Translations under genes and position numbers: made by a program
NCBI RefSeq assembly: GCF_001194135.2
Contig: NC_068984.1
Coordinates: 13,174,374-13,212,339, forward strand
Direction of reading: 5' to 3'
Length of the DNA: 37,966 bases
DNA from: Octopus bimaculoides
Lineage: Eukaryota
Shown: piece after piece, positions 12,641 to 25,768 of the stretch
Layout of the letters: each line of letters starts with the position of its first letter
How positions within the stretch are numbered: the first letter of the stretch is position 1
Notes under the pieces: generated by a model
Told to the model about the DNA's origin: nothing
Databases searched by the model: none
Seen by the model: only the letters and a program-made list of their open reading frames with translations

Positions 12641-13021
12641 AACAAGACCTCTCAGAGAGCGCAAACCTCCTCCAAGGCAACACCAACGTCCTCTCAGCTA
12701 TTAGCCGGAGATGATTTTTAAAATAAGAATATCTGAAATAAACTCGACGACTTCACTCACAAACGAGAATACTAAAAAAGAACGCGGCCGTTTTCAAAAG
12801 TTCAGTAAAAGAAAACAGGAAAAATAATCCAGAACCCTCGTCCGGTACAACATCGATCCCAAAATCTAATCAGCTTTTGCCAGTTACGAGGCCAAACATT
12901 CCTGAACGTTTCATCCGAATCCATCCTGCGGTTCTTGACATATGTTGTCCATGGACAAACAAACAAACTAACAAACACGACTGAAAACAATACCTCCGAC
13001 TTAGCGAAGGCGGAGGTAATA
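12641..13021 (-). mobile_element. Helentron-associated non-autonomous element (HINE/DINE-1-like)
   Basis: On the minus strand: 5' TTATTACCTCCGCC...CGGAGGT hairpin, then a (GTTT)n microsatellite, then the subterminal inverted copy GGAGGAGGT followed by TTGCGCTCTCTGAGAGGTCTTGTT, with T-rich flanks. This is the established HINE layout. Confidence 0.75.
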
Positions 13022-13034
13022 AATGAATATAAGA

Positions 13035-13200
13035 CGGGCTCACAACTTCCGGGTACCAATTTCGCTCACAAGACACTTTTCGGAACGAAACTAGAGTGGA
13101 AGACACTTTCCTAAGATGAATCGCAGTAGGACTGACGACGGAACCACTCGTCTGCAAAACGGTAGTCGTAAACACCCAATGATGGTGCTCCTTCATTTCG
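13035..13200 (-). mobile_element. SINE family B, strongly decayed fragment
   Basis: Residual gctcacaagac...tagagtggaagacactt...gtaggactga motifs resemble the family B 5' half. Confidence 0.45.
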
Positions 13201-13541
13201 ATCGATATAAATGAAGCAAGCAAAGAACGTAAGAACAGAAAGATTAAGAGATATGAACATTTATTATACAAATGCCATGGAATTTCAAAGAATTACATAA
13301 TCATGCGAAGGGAACGACTTTCAAAGAATCATTCGTTTCTGCAAGCAGTGAACAAATGATTCAAAAGCCAATTTTGCTATAAGAATCTGTACATTATCCT
13401 TGGGAAAATGATCTCTTGGAAATCTTCGTTTGATAATGTCACGTGAATAACACGAGATATATTTACTTTAATATTAATTATGGTATCAATGGCACTGGCT
13501 TCTATAGGTGACTTAATAAACAGTGCGTGTATGTAAGTATG

Positions 13542-13590
<49 letters not shown>

Positions 13591-13593
<3 letters not shown>

Positions 13594-13641
13594 TGATAGT
13601 TAGCAATGGCTGATAGTTAGCAAATGGCTGATAGTTAGCAA
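13591..13641 (+). repeat. Short tandem repeat, about 17 nt x3 (GGCTGATAGTTAGCAAT)
   Basis: Units start at 13591, 13608 and 13626. Confidence 0.95.
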
Positions 13642-13674
13642 GGTGAGACACACATAAGAAAGAAGGAAACAATA

Positions 13675-13718
13675 GACCACTGATGAGGTCACAGAAGTGT
13701 GACGAAAGAACTCTGGCC
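13675..13718 (+). ncRNA. Candidate type-I hammerhead ribozyme
   Basis: GACCA-CTGATGA-G-[GTCACA GAAG TGTGAC]-GAAA-G-AA-C-TC-TGGCC. Core intact, perfect 6-bp stem II, minimal stem III, stem I with one mismatch. Activity untested. Confidence 0.55.
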
Positions 13719-13975
13719 GAAATAAGATTAAGATTAATGTAATATAAAGCTGAAGCAAATTAACNNNNNNNNNNNNNNNNNNNNNNNNNNNNNNNNNNNN
13801 NNNNNNNNNNNNNNNNNNNNNNNNNNNNNNNNNNNNNNNNNNNNNNNNNNNNNNNNNNNNNNNNNNNNNNNNNNNNNNNNNNNNNNNNNNNNNNNNNNNN
13901 NNNNNNNNNNNNNNNNNNNNNNNNNNNNNNNNNNNNNNNNNNNNNNNNNNNNNNNNNNNNNNNNNNNNNNNNNNN

Positions 13976-14029
<54 letters not shown>

Positions 14030-14403
14030 GTATTAATAAAGATAAGGAGGAGGGCATGCATGCGGCTATACTTTCATAAACTAGAAACCCTTAGCAATTA
14101 CTACTCTTACACGACTCAGAATTCCAATGAAGGACAATTATTCAATATCAACGCATACCGTAATACACGCACAGACACACACAGAGAAGCACCGTCATTT
14201 GCGTGGACACGCATGCGCACGCACATATATTCATATGCACATTTCATTGGCTCTCCAAGTATCTGATAAAATATCACATCACCGTCCTACGAGTCCACGA
14301 AACTTTAAGTCTTTTGGAACTGAGTCCAAACTGTTATTAAAAAATAAATGTGACTGCTACCAAATGTGTTGGGTGTTGCTTACATTCCGGTGTTCATCCA
14401 CTA

Positions 14404-14578
<175 letters not shown>

Positions 14579-14762
14579 ATTCTTTCTCTCTTTACACACA
14601 CACATACACACACACATATGAATATATATATAACTCATATGTGTGATATATATGTACACACACATAATAGATATGTGTGCGTGCGTGTGCATGTGTTTTT
14701 ATTTACAGTATACATACTAATATTATCTCCACTTTGATATACCTCCATTAACTATTGTTTGG

Positions 14763-14980
14763 GAAGTTGGCGAGCTGACAGAATCGTTGGTGCGGTTGAT
14801 AAAACGCTTAGCAAGATTTCTTCCGGCTCTTGCCATTCTGAAATCAAATCCTGCCGAGGTCAACTATGCCTGTCATCCCCTTAAGATCGATAAGATAAAG
14901 TAACAGTCAAGTACTGGGGTTGAAGTAGTAGACTAAATGTCCCCTTTCAAAACTACTCACGTTTTGCCAAAATTAGATAT
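14763..14980 (+). mobile_element. SINE family A, decayed
   Basis: ggcgagctgacagaatcgttgg head, ctgaaatcaaatcctgccgaggtcaactatgcc core. Confidence 0.75.
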
Positions 14981-15019
14981 TGCTTGAGAGCTTAAAACTC
15001 CAATAAATAACCGGCCGTT

Positions 15020-15275
15020 CTTTTATTTGTTACTGCGGCTATGATGGGGCACCGAACTGAAGAATTTTCGTCCAACGGATAGGTCCCAGCAATTATTTTG
15101 ATGTAAGATTGGTTCTTATTGTATCGTTTTCTTTTGTCGAACCACTGAGTTATGGGGACATAAACACACCAACATCGGTTGTCAACCTCTGCTGATGGTG
15201 AAAGACAATCACAGGCACAAAGACATACACATACACATACACACGGACATGCACACACACGCGCGCACACACACA

Positions 15276-15309
<34 letters not shown>

Positions 15310-15462
15310 CAATAGGCTTCTTTTAGGTTCTGTCAACTAAATCCACTCGCAAAGCTTTGTTCGATTCGAGGTTGTTGAAGAAGATAGACGCACAAGGTGC
15401 CACGGGAACCCGGAGCCATGTGGTTAAAGAGCAAATTGCTTACCACATGGAGACATCTACAC
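15020..15462 (-). mobile_element. SINE family B, decayed full-length copy
   Basis: 3' body (ggggacataaacacaccaacatcggttgtcaa), a central microsatellite, and a 5' half (aaatccactcgcaaagctttg...caaggtgccacg...ccatgtggtt). Confidence 0.75.
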
Positions 15463-15554
15463 CTTTATGTGGCTTTCAATTCAATGTATATCGACCCGGG
15501 AAGTCAGACCAAGTGTTATAGACTTGATAAACCACACGTCAGTAATAACCATTC

Positions 15555-15680
15555 CATTTGAAAGGAAACAGGGAAATGGCAGATTCAGTAGAGTTTGCTG
15601 AATCCAGAACCCACAGAGGGTAATCTTTGACCTTTGCCTTTCCTGGGTCGATAAGACAAAATGCCAGTCCAGAGTAGTTA
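15555..15680 (+). mobile_element. SINE family A, strongly decayed fragment
   Basis: ggcagattcagtag head and tttgcctttcctgggtcgataag...ccagtc core remnants. Confidence 0.5.
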
Positions 15681-17377
15681 ATTGCCAGAGGTGTTGAAAC
15701 GCGAAGCAATATGTTTTGAGGTATTTGTTCTGAGTCTGAATTGCCAATCATATGTGTTGAACTGGTCTGTATCTAATCGACAAGATACTGTATTGAAAAA
15801 CACTTGAAGGAAGGCAGCGAAAGACACCTTAATATTTTTCACTTTCAAGCAGAATGACAGGTATATAGCGCTTGTCATGCAAATTGACAGGAACTGTTAG
15901 TCGGTCTGATGGCGAAATGAAGGGAAAAAGAACAGTCTTAAAAAGAAATGACATTTTTGATGTTATAGCTTGAGATGAACCCTGCCTGAAATTGGAGTGA
16001 GATAATCGTGAGAGGGATGAATTTGATTACAGAGCTCCTTGAATTGTCCTGATCTGGGGATAATCTATAATAGCAACAAAAGCTGGCTTTTATAAACAAA
16101 ATACCAATACTACAACAAAGCTATGAATCGAATATAAGTTATCTTTCTGAAATAGAAGATTTATGATGGAAGAAACAATTATCTGGATAATATTGTTGTT
16201 TAAGATGTATTTGATTCTCGTTTAAATTTCTGTAGATGACACAGTTCATTTGTAGAATAATGTAGAAATACGCGAATGAGTTCGAATTTAATGTCAGCAA
16301 AATATGATTGAATCTAACAGCAGCAATAGTGGTAGTAGTGTTGTCTTTGCTTGTGACTGTAGGGTCATTTAAAGGCTATGTAATTGATCAGAGACAACAA
16401 TTGACATCAGCTGCACAAAGAAAATCACAAACGATTGCTCGTTTATTAACAACTGTACCATACAACATCAGATTAATATGACAATTAGCCTAGGCACAAA
16501 TTCTGTGATAATACCGAATGTCTACAAGAGCATAATTAATATCCTCTCTATCAAACTCTTCTAATAGAACTACTGCTAGCATTTATTGCGCGATTACCTC
16601 TCTAATGTAAACACACTACAGGGAGGCCGGTTTTCTTTGCAATTCACTTAACATATGAAGGTGCGCCGTTGAACCGAATACAGAAATGTCACTAGTCTAT
16701 TAACATCTAATTGTTTACTAATGGAGTTCAAATAACATATTGGAAGAATAATTTCAGAATATCTTGCTAGATTATTATAAAAGGATTAATAAGGAATATT
16801 GAAGTATCATTACTGGTATGAAATGTTTCGTTAATTGTTTTTGCGTTAGTCAAAGAATTTGTATAAATACGCAAAAGATTTCATAAATTATAATTACACA
16901 TATGAAAACAAGACAGTTTATTTATTTATTTCAGTTAATAATTTCTAACTTTGGCACTAAACAACACGGTTTGTAAAAGTGTAAAGTCTATTTGGCTTAT
17001 CTGAGCAAAGGTATTTTACCGATGGGTCGGAAACCCCTATAGTCGTCACTAATTTACACTAAGGTACAACTACCTCCATTTAATTTAATTATTTAAGTAA
17101 ATTTAATATTTAGTTAACTTAGAGCTTGTTGATCAAGGTGACCACCCCTATTTTGGAAATATCAGAAATACGGAAAGGCTTTGAAACAAAGGTTTCCGGA
17201 AAATCGATGTTACCTGTACTTAATAAAAAAAATATCAACATCAAAAAGACGAAATAAGAAGACTATCGCTGTGTGTGTGTGTGTATGTATATATATGTGT
17301 GTGTGTGTGTGTAGTTTGGAAATTATAGCGATTTCATAGAGGAAGCTTTACATATTTGACAGATATTTCTTTTCTTT

Positions 17378-17588
17378 TTCTACTATAGGCACAAGGCCTG
17401 GAATTTATGTGGAGGGGATCGTCGATCACATCGGCTCCAGTAGTTGACTGGTACTTAATTTACCGACTCCTGAAAGGATGAAAGTTAAAGTCTAACTCGG
17501 TGGAATTTGAACTCAGAACATAGCGGTGGACGAAATACCGTTAAGCATTTCGCCCGGCGTGCTAACGACTCTGCCAGCTCGCCGCCTT
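17378..17588 (-). mobile_element. SINE family A, full-length monomer
   Basis: Reverse complement of aaggcggcgagctggcagagtcgttagcacgccgggcgaaatgctt...gttctgagttcaaattccacc. Confidence 0.9.
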
Positions 17589-17768
17589 CGACAGCTATTT
17601 AACACCTGTAAACATACATGAGTATGTATGCAAATGTGTGTGTGTATGTGTATACAAACCTGTATGCATATACACACAAATGTGCATTAACTCGTATATA
17701 GACAGGTGCACACCCACTCTCTCTCTCTCTCTCTCACACGCACACACACATACATACATACATATCTA

Positions 17769-17807
<39 letters not shown>

Positions 17808-18494
17808 ATATTTATTATAAATCTTTAGCAAAGGTAACAGAATGAGTCAAGAGTTTCGTTCGTTGACACTTGATAAGTGTCAACGCCCGTAACTGTCGGA
17901 CCTTGAGTCACCCTGTTACTTCTGCTAAATATTAATAAAAGTATACATATACTCATATCTTAAGGTCTGTTTTCCTATTTACACCAACATACCAGTATAT
18001 GTATATACATCTGTATGCATGTGTGCGTGTGTGTGTGTATGCGCGTTTGTGTGTGCGTGTGTATGTATGTCTATATGTGTGTGCGTACGTGTGTGTTTTC
18101 CGTGTGAGAGTGTATGTATATATTCCTATCAAATTCCTCTTTCAATGATCACTCCTGCAAACTGTTCGTTGAAAATGGAAGATTAACTAGGATTTTCTTG
18201 TTTTTTTGTCGCTATAATTCATTACTATGTCCAGATGTGGTTATTGTACTAAAAATTCATAGATTTCAAATAAGGTAAACGATGAACACATCTAGTATAA
18301 TGCATTGTGTTGCATTCGACCCTCAGTTACTACTTTTGTGAATCAAACATATCACAGTTTTGCAAAATTCCTTCCAGCAGACGACAAGTGAGTAATACAA
18401 TTGTTCTCATGCATTACGCATTACAAAGAAAACATTTCGGAAGAGAACTAATGCAGACTACAATTCTATTTGCGCACAAAGAAAAGTTATATTG

Positions 18495-18825
18495 GTTTCA
18501 AAATCGTCTGTCTTTATGTTCTGAGTTCAAATTCCCCCGAAGTCGACTTTGCCTTTCATCCTTTCGGGGTTTGATAAATTAAGTACCAGTTGAGTACTGG
18601 CGTCGATGTAATCGACTTAATCCCTTTGTCTGACCTTGTTTGTTCTCTCTATATTTAGCCCCTTGTGGGCAATAAAGAAATCAGAAATGTTAGCAAGCCG
18701 GGAGAAATGCTTAGCGTTATTTCATCTGCCGCTACTTTCTGAGTTCAGATGCCACCGAGGTCGACTCTGCCTTTCATCTTTTCAGGGTCGATAAATAAAG
18801 TACCAGTTGCGTACTGCGGTCAGTC
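18495..18825 (+). mobile_element. SINE family A, dimer with long linker
   Basis: Monomer core, linker (ttaatccctttgtctgaccttgtttg...ccccttgtgggcaataaagaaatcagaaat) and a second monomer. Same layout as 35504-35871. Confidence 0.88.
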
Positions 18826-21124
18826 TATATATACATACATACACACACACACATATATATATATATGTATATGTATACTTGGTTAATAATGTTTATAACT
18901 GTTTGTCGCTTCATATACTTAGATATTATGTTTTTCTTCATTTGAATATATTTCAGACCTGAGTTATATAGCAGTCATCAAGAAAAGCATTATTTCAACA
19001 GATGAAACACCAGAATGAAAAACAAAAAAACAATTAGATGTTCTATTTTACACCAAAGCCAAGGACTTGAAATACTGAGTGTAACAGTAAACAATAACGT
19101 TAAAAGTTCAATATGCTTAACGCGTTGCAATAGGAAATAGTACTGTTTTTTTTTTTTTTTTTTGTCTCTGAAACGATAGAAAGAAAATGTTTAAGAATAT
19201 TCTCAAATATCTTTTTCGAAGGACTTGTGTCTGAAAATTTGGTTTTTGTTTCGTTTTTCAAGGCAGCCAGACTAATCGTTACGTAAAAAAAACTCAGAGT
19301 TCGTTATTTTGTCTGATGACTCCTGATTTTCGCTGATTAATGATAACACAGTTATCATTAATGTGTGAACTTCCGAAAATGGTAATTGGAACACTCAGAA
19401 CAAATTGAAGGTGATAACATAATGCTTTACTGTGTGGGAGTACTTCAGCATTGCTCGTTTTAAGTTATACACTGTCTAGAAAGCAAATATCACTGGTTGA
19501 TACTAAAACAGTTTACAATAATATATTCTTGCCAATATGCAACTATTTACTTGACCTAAAATAGCTAACGTACCAATATGGTAATAATTTGATTAATTTT
19601 TCAAACTTATTTCAAACTGATCAGGAATTCAGACTTTGTTTTAGTCTGGACAGTCTCAAGATATGAAAGATATTAAAATATTATGGCAGACCATTAAGTC
19701 GAATTTGAATTTATTCATATTTAAAGCGGGCATTATATTTGCTGTAGTATAAAATGAAGGATAAAGTTAATAGAGCTCACGTTACTGGATACATTATCCG
19801 TCAGTACGATTTAAAAGATTAACAGATTTCAAGATAATCATCCCAGAAATATCAGTTATAAAATTTCGGTTCTGAATATACATAAATTCAATTTATTAAA
19901 TCTAGTTTCAACAAAATTTATCAGATTTTGCCATCGCATCAGATTTTTCAATAAATGTTAAATAGAAAAAAATACATTTATAATTAAAACAATAAAAGAT
20001 GATGGAAACAATAAAAGTTCAATGTTTTTCATATAATTGTGATTTTTTGAATTTTTCAAAGATTGTCAGATGTCATATAAATGTTTGACAGCTTTTGCTC
20101 CCCCCGCTTCTTATTACGATGCCTTGTTGAAAAGGCTCCCTTTGCAGATCCATGTATATGAAATGGTTTAGGAATAGTATCAAGAAGTCTGAAGTTGAAA
20201 ATGTAGATCTTCCAATTAAAACTTAATATATCCAAGATAACGAAACCAATCATGTTATCATCTGGCCTGTTACTAATTCGACATTTTTATATGACTACCA
20301 TAGTTTAGTTTAGCAAAAATAATTAGCCTCAAATTTATTCATTCATTTCCTCTAATTGTAATTATTCGAGAGTTTTCTAATTTATTTTGAAATAAAAATA
20401 CCGTCATTTCAGATTGATTCATTTACCATAGTAATTCGTAGAACGGCAGTATTTGAGTATTCCTCTATTTTATTTGTCGTGTGAGATCTGACAAACTTCC
20501 ATAATATTTTACATTCGTTTAATTGTAAATCAATGCTGCTTTGATCTTTAACACGAACTTCAATATCCAATATCCCAGAAAATATTTCTGGACGTGATTA
20601 TATATTTCAGTCCTACTTCGGACATATATGGAGAAATCAAGGAAAGTTGGTAAGACTACAAAAAAAACTAAATAAATAGTAATAAGGAGTGTTCAGTAAA
20701 GACCAGATTTCACAAAGGTTTGAAGCTGAAGTTGACAAAAAACTAAACACAGACTATTGCTTATACATATGCTCAAAAAGATCATAAACTTAAACACTTT
20801 TTTTCTCCTTTAAAGTAAAAGAGATATGTGCGCGCGTATGGTGTTTATGCGCATATATATANNNNNNNNNNATATATATATATATAACAGAGAAGAGATT
20901 ACTCGTCACAATGCTTTATGGCATGTGATTCTACTCTAATTCAGTATTAAATTCTAAATATATTCTCCCTTTTTCATGATAGTTTGTGAAGTAAATGAAG
21001 TGAAATGGTTTTTAAAAGTATTGTCATCTCAGTCGTATTTCAGATCACATGTTCTAGATGCTTTCCCCACACATTTCTGCAGATTTTCTTTATCAGGTCG
21101 CCTTAGAAAAACAATGAATGCGTG

Positions 21125-21290
21125 CGATATAATCGCCAGGGTCTTGCACTCATGATGAGGAAGATCGTGATTTCGTTTCCCGCACAGGAAGATGCGTCGT
21201 GTACTTGACCAAAACACTTCATTTCACGTTTCGCCAGTTCACTCAGCTATAGATGGCCAACCTGCAACAGACTGGTATTTCTTTCATGGA
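21125..21290 (+). mobile_element. tRNA-derived SINE, family C, decayed
   Basis: atcgtgatttcgtttcccg...cttgaccaaaacacttcatttcacgtttcgccagttcactcagct matches the 10935 copy. Confidence 0.7.
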
Positions 21291-22449
21291 TTCTTATTTA
21301 CATACCAGAGTTACTGTCCCTATATGACCGAACAACTGACCCTATATGGCCAGTACTTTAAATAAACTCGCTATTTCAAGTAAAGAACGCTTCAAAATGG
21401 GTAATAATATTAATAATATTAATCAAAGACCAGTATAAAATGCTCTACGTCTAATAATGTTTATAGTTTTATGAAAATACTTATTTTCCAGAATAGGAAA
21501 ACGATTCTAATCAATATCGATAAAGTTTAGGTTATTTTCAATGTCACGATGACATGAGAATTAATTTTCGTCCTTATTTAAAATAAATAAATAAATATTT
21601 CACGTGAAGTAACCCTTCGTTGGTATTTTCGTATTTGTGCCAAAACTTTTCAGGCTTTTTTAGGTTTTTGCCAAATGCAACAACGTAGCCATTTTGTTCC
21701 AAAGTTACCAGTTTTCCTGGCGACTTGCCTGCAAATTAACAACACATTTCTTTTTATTATCATGGTATAAACAAACTAAAAGAAAATACCATTAATATAG
21801 AAATTAAGGCAATAATACCGAATAGAACGCACACGTTGGCATATTCTTTGAGATACCATTTCCCAGATCACCAATATTATGTTTTCTAATTAAACAATTT
21901 ATTTTTATGTTTATATTATATATTATTAATGAAAAAATAATAAAAGATACTACAAGCTGTATTACAGAACCTGAACGGATGGTTCAAACTGTATTTTAAT
22001 TTTATTTCTAAATTGCTTGTATTTAACGTTAGTCATAGTTTGTTTGTTTGGTTCAATATTTATTCTGTTTAATTAATATATTTTCTATATTCTCCCATAT
22101 GCTGCTATACAGTTAAGCACGTTCTTCATTCTCGCTACTACCAAGGAGATGGGACGAGGTAGTCAGACCACACCTAGTTCTTTCTTGTTAAGTCTGGCTT
22201 TTTATGAACATCACGTAGTTTGAATAAACTTCCTTCACGGCACAGATTAATATAGTTATCGGCCGACTTGGAACATGAACAGAAACAACGCATTTGAGAA
22301 ATAAGCACACAATAAAAATAAAAAAAACGTAATATTATAAGAATATGAAAAAGAAATTTGTGAAAGAGTAAAGCTGTTAAGGTGATACATTATACAGATT
22401 TATGTTGAGTTTCGCACAACATGGAAATTTCGAAAGGCAATAAATAGTA

Positions 22450-22570
22450 AGGCAGCGAGCTGGTTAGCACGCCGGACAAAATAGCTAGCGTCATTTCGTC
22501 CGGCTTTACATTCTCAGATCAAATTTGTCTTTTATCCTTTCGCTGTCGAGCAGTTGAGCAGTGGGGGTAA
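22450..22570 (+). mobile_element. SINE family A, deleted fragment
   Basis: aaggcagcgagctggttagcacgccggacaaaat...tttatcctttcgctgtcga. Confidence 0.7.
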
Positions 22571-22960
22571 TTTATATAAGTAATTTATATAAATTATAAA
22601 GAAAAGTTGGACTAATACAGTAGTCCTAGGGTCATCGCTAGTGACTTTTGCTGGACTTGATCAGACTCCACCAATCACAACAAATCTGGATTCTGTTTGC
22701 CTGGAAACGTTTAACCCACGGCCGTGATTTTTTCACGACCTCCAGTGTTGGATATATTTTCCAAAAGTAGGATTTTGGCGAATCCCTTGAACACTAATGG
22801 TATCAAGTGAAATAGCATCTCTGTTGGCGCGCTCTCTCAGACCACTCAACATATAAGCACAATGCAAGTATTGCCTGCTGCAGTCTCTGAATAACAATAT
22901 GCACATTACGAACTAAGGGGATTTCTATCAAGGAAACTAGTTTTCGTTATCTTACGATAA

Positions 22961-23370
22961 GCGCAGGAGTGGCTGTGTGGTAAGTAGCTTGCTTACCTAC
23001 CACATGGTTCCGAGTTCAGTCCCACTGCGTGGCACCTTGGGCAAGTGTCTTCTACTATAGCCTCGCGCCAACCAAAGCCTTGTGAGTGGATTTGGTAGAC
23101 GGAAACTGAAAGAAGCCCGTCGTATATATCTATGTGTATATATGCATGCATGTATATGTTTGTGTCTATGTGTGTCCCCCCAACATCACTTGACAACCGA
23201 TGCTGGTGTGTTTACGTCCCCGTAAATTAGCGGTTCGGCATAAGAGACCGATAGAATAAGTACTAGGCGTACAAAGAATAAGTCCTGGGGTCGATTTGCT
23301 CGACTAAAGGCGGTGCTCCAGCATGGTCGCAGTCAAATGACTGAAACAAATAAAAGAGTAAAAGAGTATA
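22961..23370 (+). mobile_element. Full-length tRNA-derived SINE, family B
   Basis: A-box TGGCTGTGTGG (22970-22980) and B-box GAGTTCAGTCC (23012-23022), a GGGCAAGTGTCTT core, an internal (TA/TG)n tract, a 3' body and a (TAAAAGAG)n tail. Several related copies occur in the window. Confidence 0.9.
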
Positions 23371-24110
23371 GCAACATGGTAGACTCTCGAGTATGGAAGA
23401 GCCTCTTACTCCATATCATTTATAGACATGAATCTCTGTCTGAAAGTGTGCGCTTACGATTGTGTGTGTGTGTGTGTNNNNNNNNNNNNNNNNNNNNNNN
23501 NNNNNNNNNNNNNNNNNNNNNNNNNNNNNNNNNNNNNNNNNNNNNNNNNNNNNNNNNNNNNNNNNNNNNNNNNNNNNNNNNNNNNNNNNNNNNNNNNNNN
23601 NNNNNNNNNNNNNNNNNNNNNNNNNNNNNNNNNNNNNNNNNNNNNNNNNNNNNNNNNNNNNNNNNNNNNNNNNNNNNNNNNNNNNNNNNNNNNNNNNNNN
23701 NNNNNNNNNNNNNNNNNNNNNNNNNNNNNNNNNNNNNNNNNNNNNNNNNNNNNNNNNNNNNNNNNNNNNNNNNNNNNNNNNNNNNNNNNNNNNNNNNNNN
23801 NNNNNNNNNNNNNNNNNNNNNNNNNNNNNNNNNNNNNNNNNNNNNNNNNNNNNNNNNNNNNNNNNNNNNNNNNNNNNNNNNNNNNNNNNNNNNNNNNNNN
23901 NNNNNNNNNNNNNNNNNNNNNNNNNNNNNNNNNNNNNNNNNNNNNNNNNNNNNNNNNNNNNNNNNNNNNNNNNNNNNNNNNNNNNNNNNNNNNNNNNNNN
24001 NNNNNNNNNNNNNNNNNNNNNNNNNNNNNNNNNNNNNNNNNNNNNNNNNNNNNNNNNNNNNNNNNNNNNNNNNNNNNNNNNNNNNNNNNNNNNNNNNNNN
24101 NNNNNNNNNN

Positions 24111-24172
<62 letters not shown>
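24111..24172. repeat. (GA)n microsatellite following gap 23478-24110
   Basis: Seen directly in the sequence. Confidence 0.97.
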
Positions 24173-24175
<3 letters not shown>

Positions 24176-24524
24176 GAATGAATTATAGCGGAAATATTAG
24201 AGGCCGTTCTTAATATTTGCCACTGATGTATTTGATTTCGAGGTGATTCTAGTTGCCAGACAATTAAGGGATATTTTTAGGGTCCGTCAGGAGAAGGACA
24301 CCATGTTGACGATGAATATAAAACGATCTAATTAACTTGTTCTGACCCTTTGAAAGAAAAAAAACAATTGAAGACTAATTAGTCAGAGGAGGAAGATGAG
24401 ATAGCGGGATAATGCTGAGCCATCCACACTCACACACACATATATATATAAACACATATACACACACACACACATATACTCACTCATGCACAAGTATTCT
24501 ACACATATATTATAGATCTTCTAT

Positions 24525-25730
24525 TAAAGTGGATTGAATTTTTTTCTGGTGAACAGAACCCAGCATGTGGTGATCGATAATGTTCGATGAAGCCCAGCAA
24601 GAGTCATCACTGGAGTCCCAGAAGATCTGTATTGGACCCCCGCATCTGCATTATTTGCATAAGGGACAGTATTGAAAGTTATCAAACACAGTAATCTTAG
24701 AATTTTCGCGGTGACTCTCAGCTTCTAAAGGTCATCTCCTAGAGTAGGAGACCGGACTTTTTCCCACAAGATTTCCGGACCCCAGTTATGAACTTATTTG
24801 CGTACAGCCAATCAAAGCCCAACTATCAAACTAATTTATGAGCACATAACAAGTGATGGGTGATAATATTAGATCACTTGGGTAAAGAATGACCATGCTT
24901 CTTTTCTTTTCTAATAATGCTTACTGTTCTTGTTCTTGTTCCAACCATGGCTGCCTCTGCGTAGTTATTTGTGTTGTTGCTTACTTTGTAGAACAGTAAG
25001 GAGAGAGGGCTGCTAGCAAATCACCCTGTACCCACATTTTCCCCATCCACAACTTTATCATATGGGGCCCTAGCAAAATCCGATAATAGGTAGAGATGCA
25101 AATCTATCTAATGACTTGTCTCCTAAAATCAGGCATAACTTGGCGATCGGTCGACTAACAACACCGTTCTTCGTCTTGAGTTTACTTGGTAGAGTGTGTT
25201 TGTTAACTTGACAACAAGGTCAAGATGAGCACTGATTACAGGGGTCCGGAACTCTCGTGGGAAAAAATTCGCGACCGAACTAATCTCCAATCGGACCTGC
25301 TCACTGTTATCTAATGAGCAAAGAAATAAAATACAATATACAGCTAAAAGAGAATAAGCTTGAATTAATCCACTTTGGTGGAGAGACTGCACTTAAGTTA
25401 CCATACACACTTTCCATGGACGAAAACCTCGTGGCATGAAACACAGTTAGAGATCTTGGAGTAGTTGTCGACAACAACGTAAGCTGGAGTGCTCACATAA
25501 TCTGTAAAGTCGACATGACCCGCATGGCGTGCTCTTGGATCCTCAGAAGTTCTTGATTTAATAACGTTTCCTATATTATCTCTCTCTTCTTTAGCACCCT
25601 CCGTCCTCACATTGAATACAGTTGTCCTTCGTGGCCTGTCGTCACCGTACACGAAACAAAATCCCAAAACTGAAGCAGCCCACAGATCAATCACACGGGC
25701 CTGCGCGCCCACATACACATAACATACACA

Positions 25731-25768
<38 letters not shown>

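Noticed and set aside
13591-13641. Repeated 17-mers as a CRISPR-like array
   Set aside because: There are no spacers, and the context is eukaryotic; it is a simple tandem triplication.
16307-16483. Open frame starting with a signal-peptide-like stretch (LNLTAAIVVVVLSLLVTVGS)
   Set aside because: No in-frame ATG, a stop immediately upstream, a weak acceptor, and the hydrophobic run comes from a decayed (GTA/GCA)n repeat.
20056-21217. Minus-strand ORFs 20056..20253 and 21029..21217 as exons
   Set aside because: No recognisable domain or donor; the second begins inside a SINE family C copy.
22640-22900. Minus-strand frames faintly like a pogo/Tigger HTH (SRPWVKRF) and a 51-codon open stretch
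   Set aside because: The similarity is too weak and spread over frames, with no DDE motif or TIR found.
22961-23035. tRNA-like A/B-box sequences here and in the other SINE heads
   Set aside because: They continue into SINE core and tail sequence, and I could not see a complete cloverleaf, so they are not tRNA genes.
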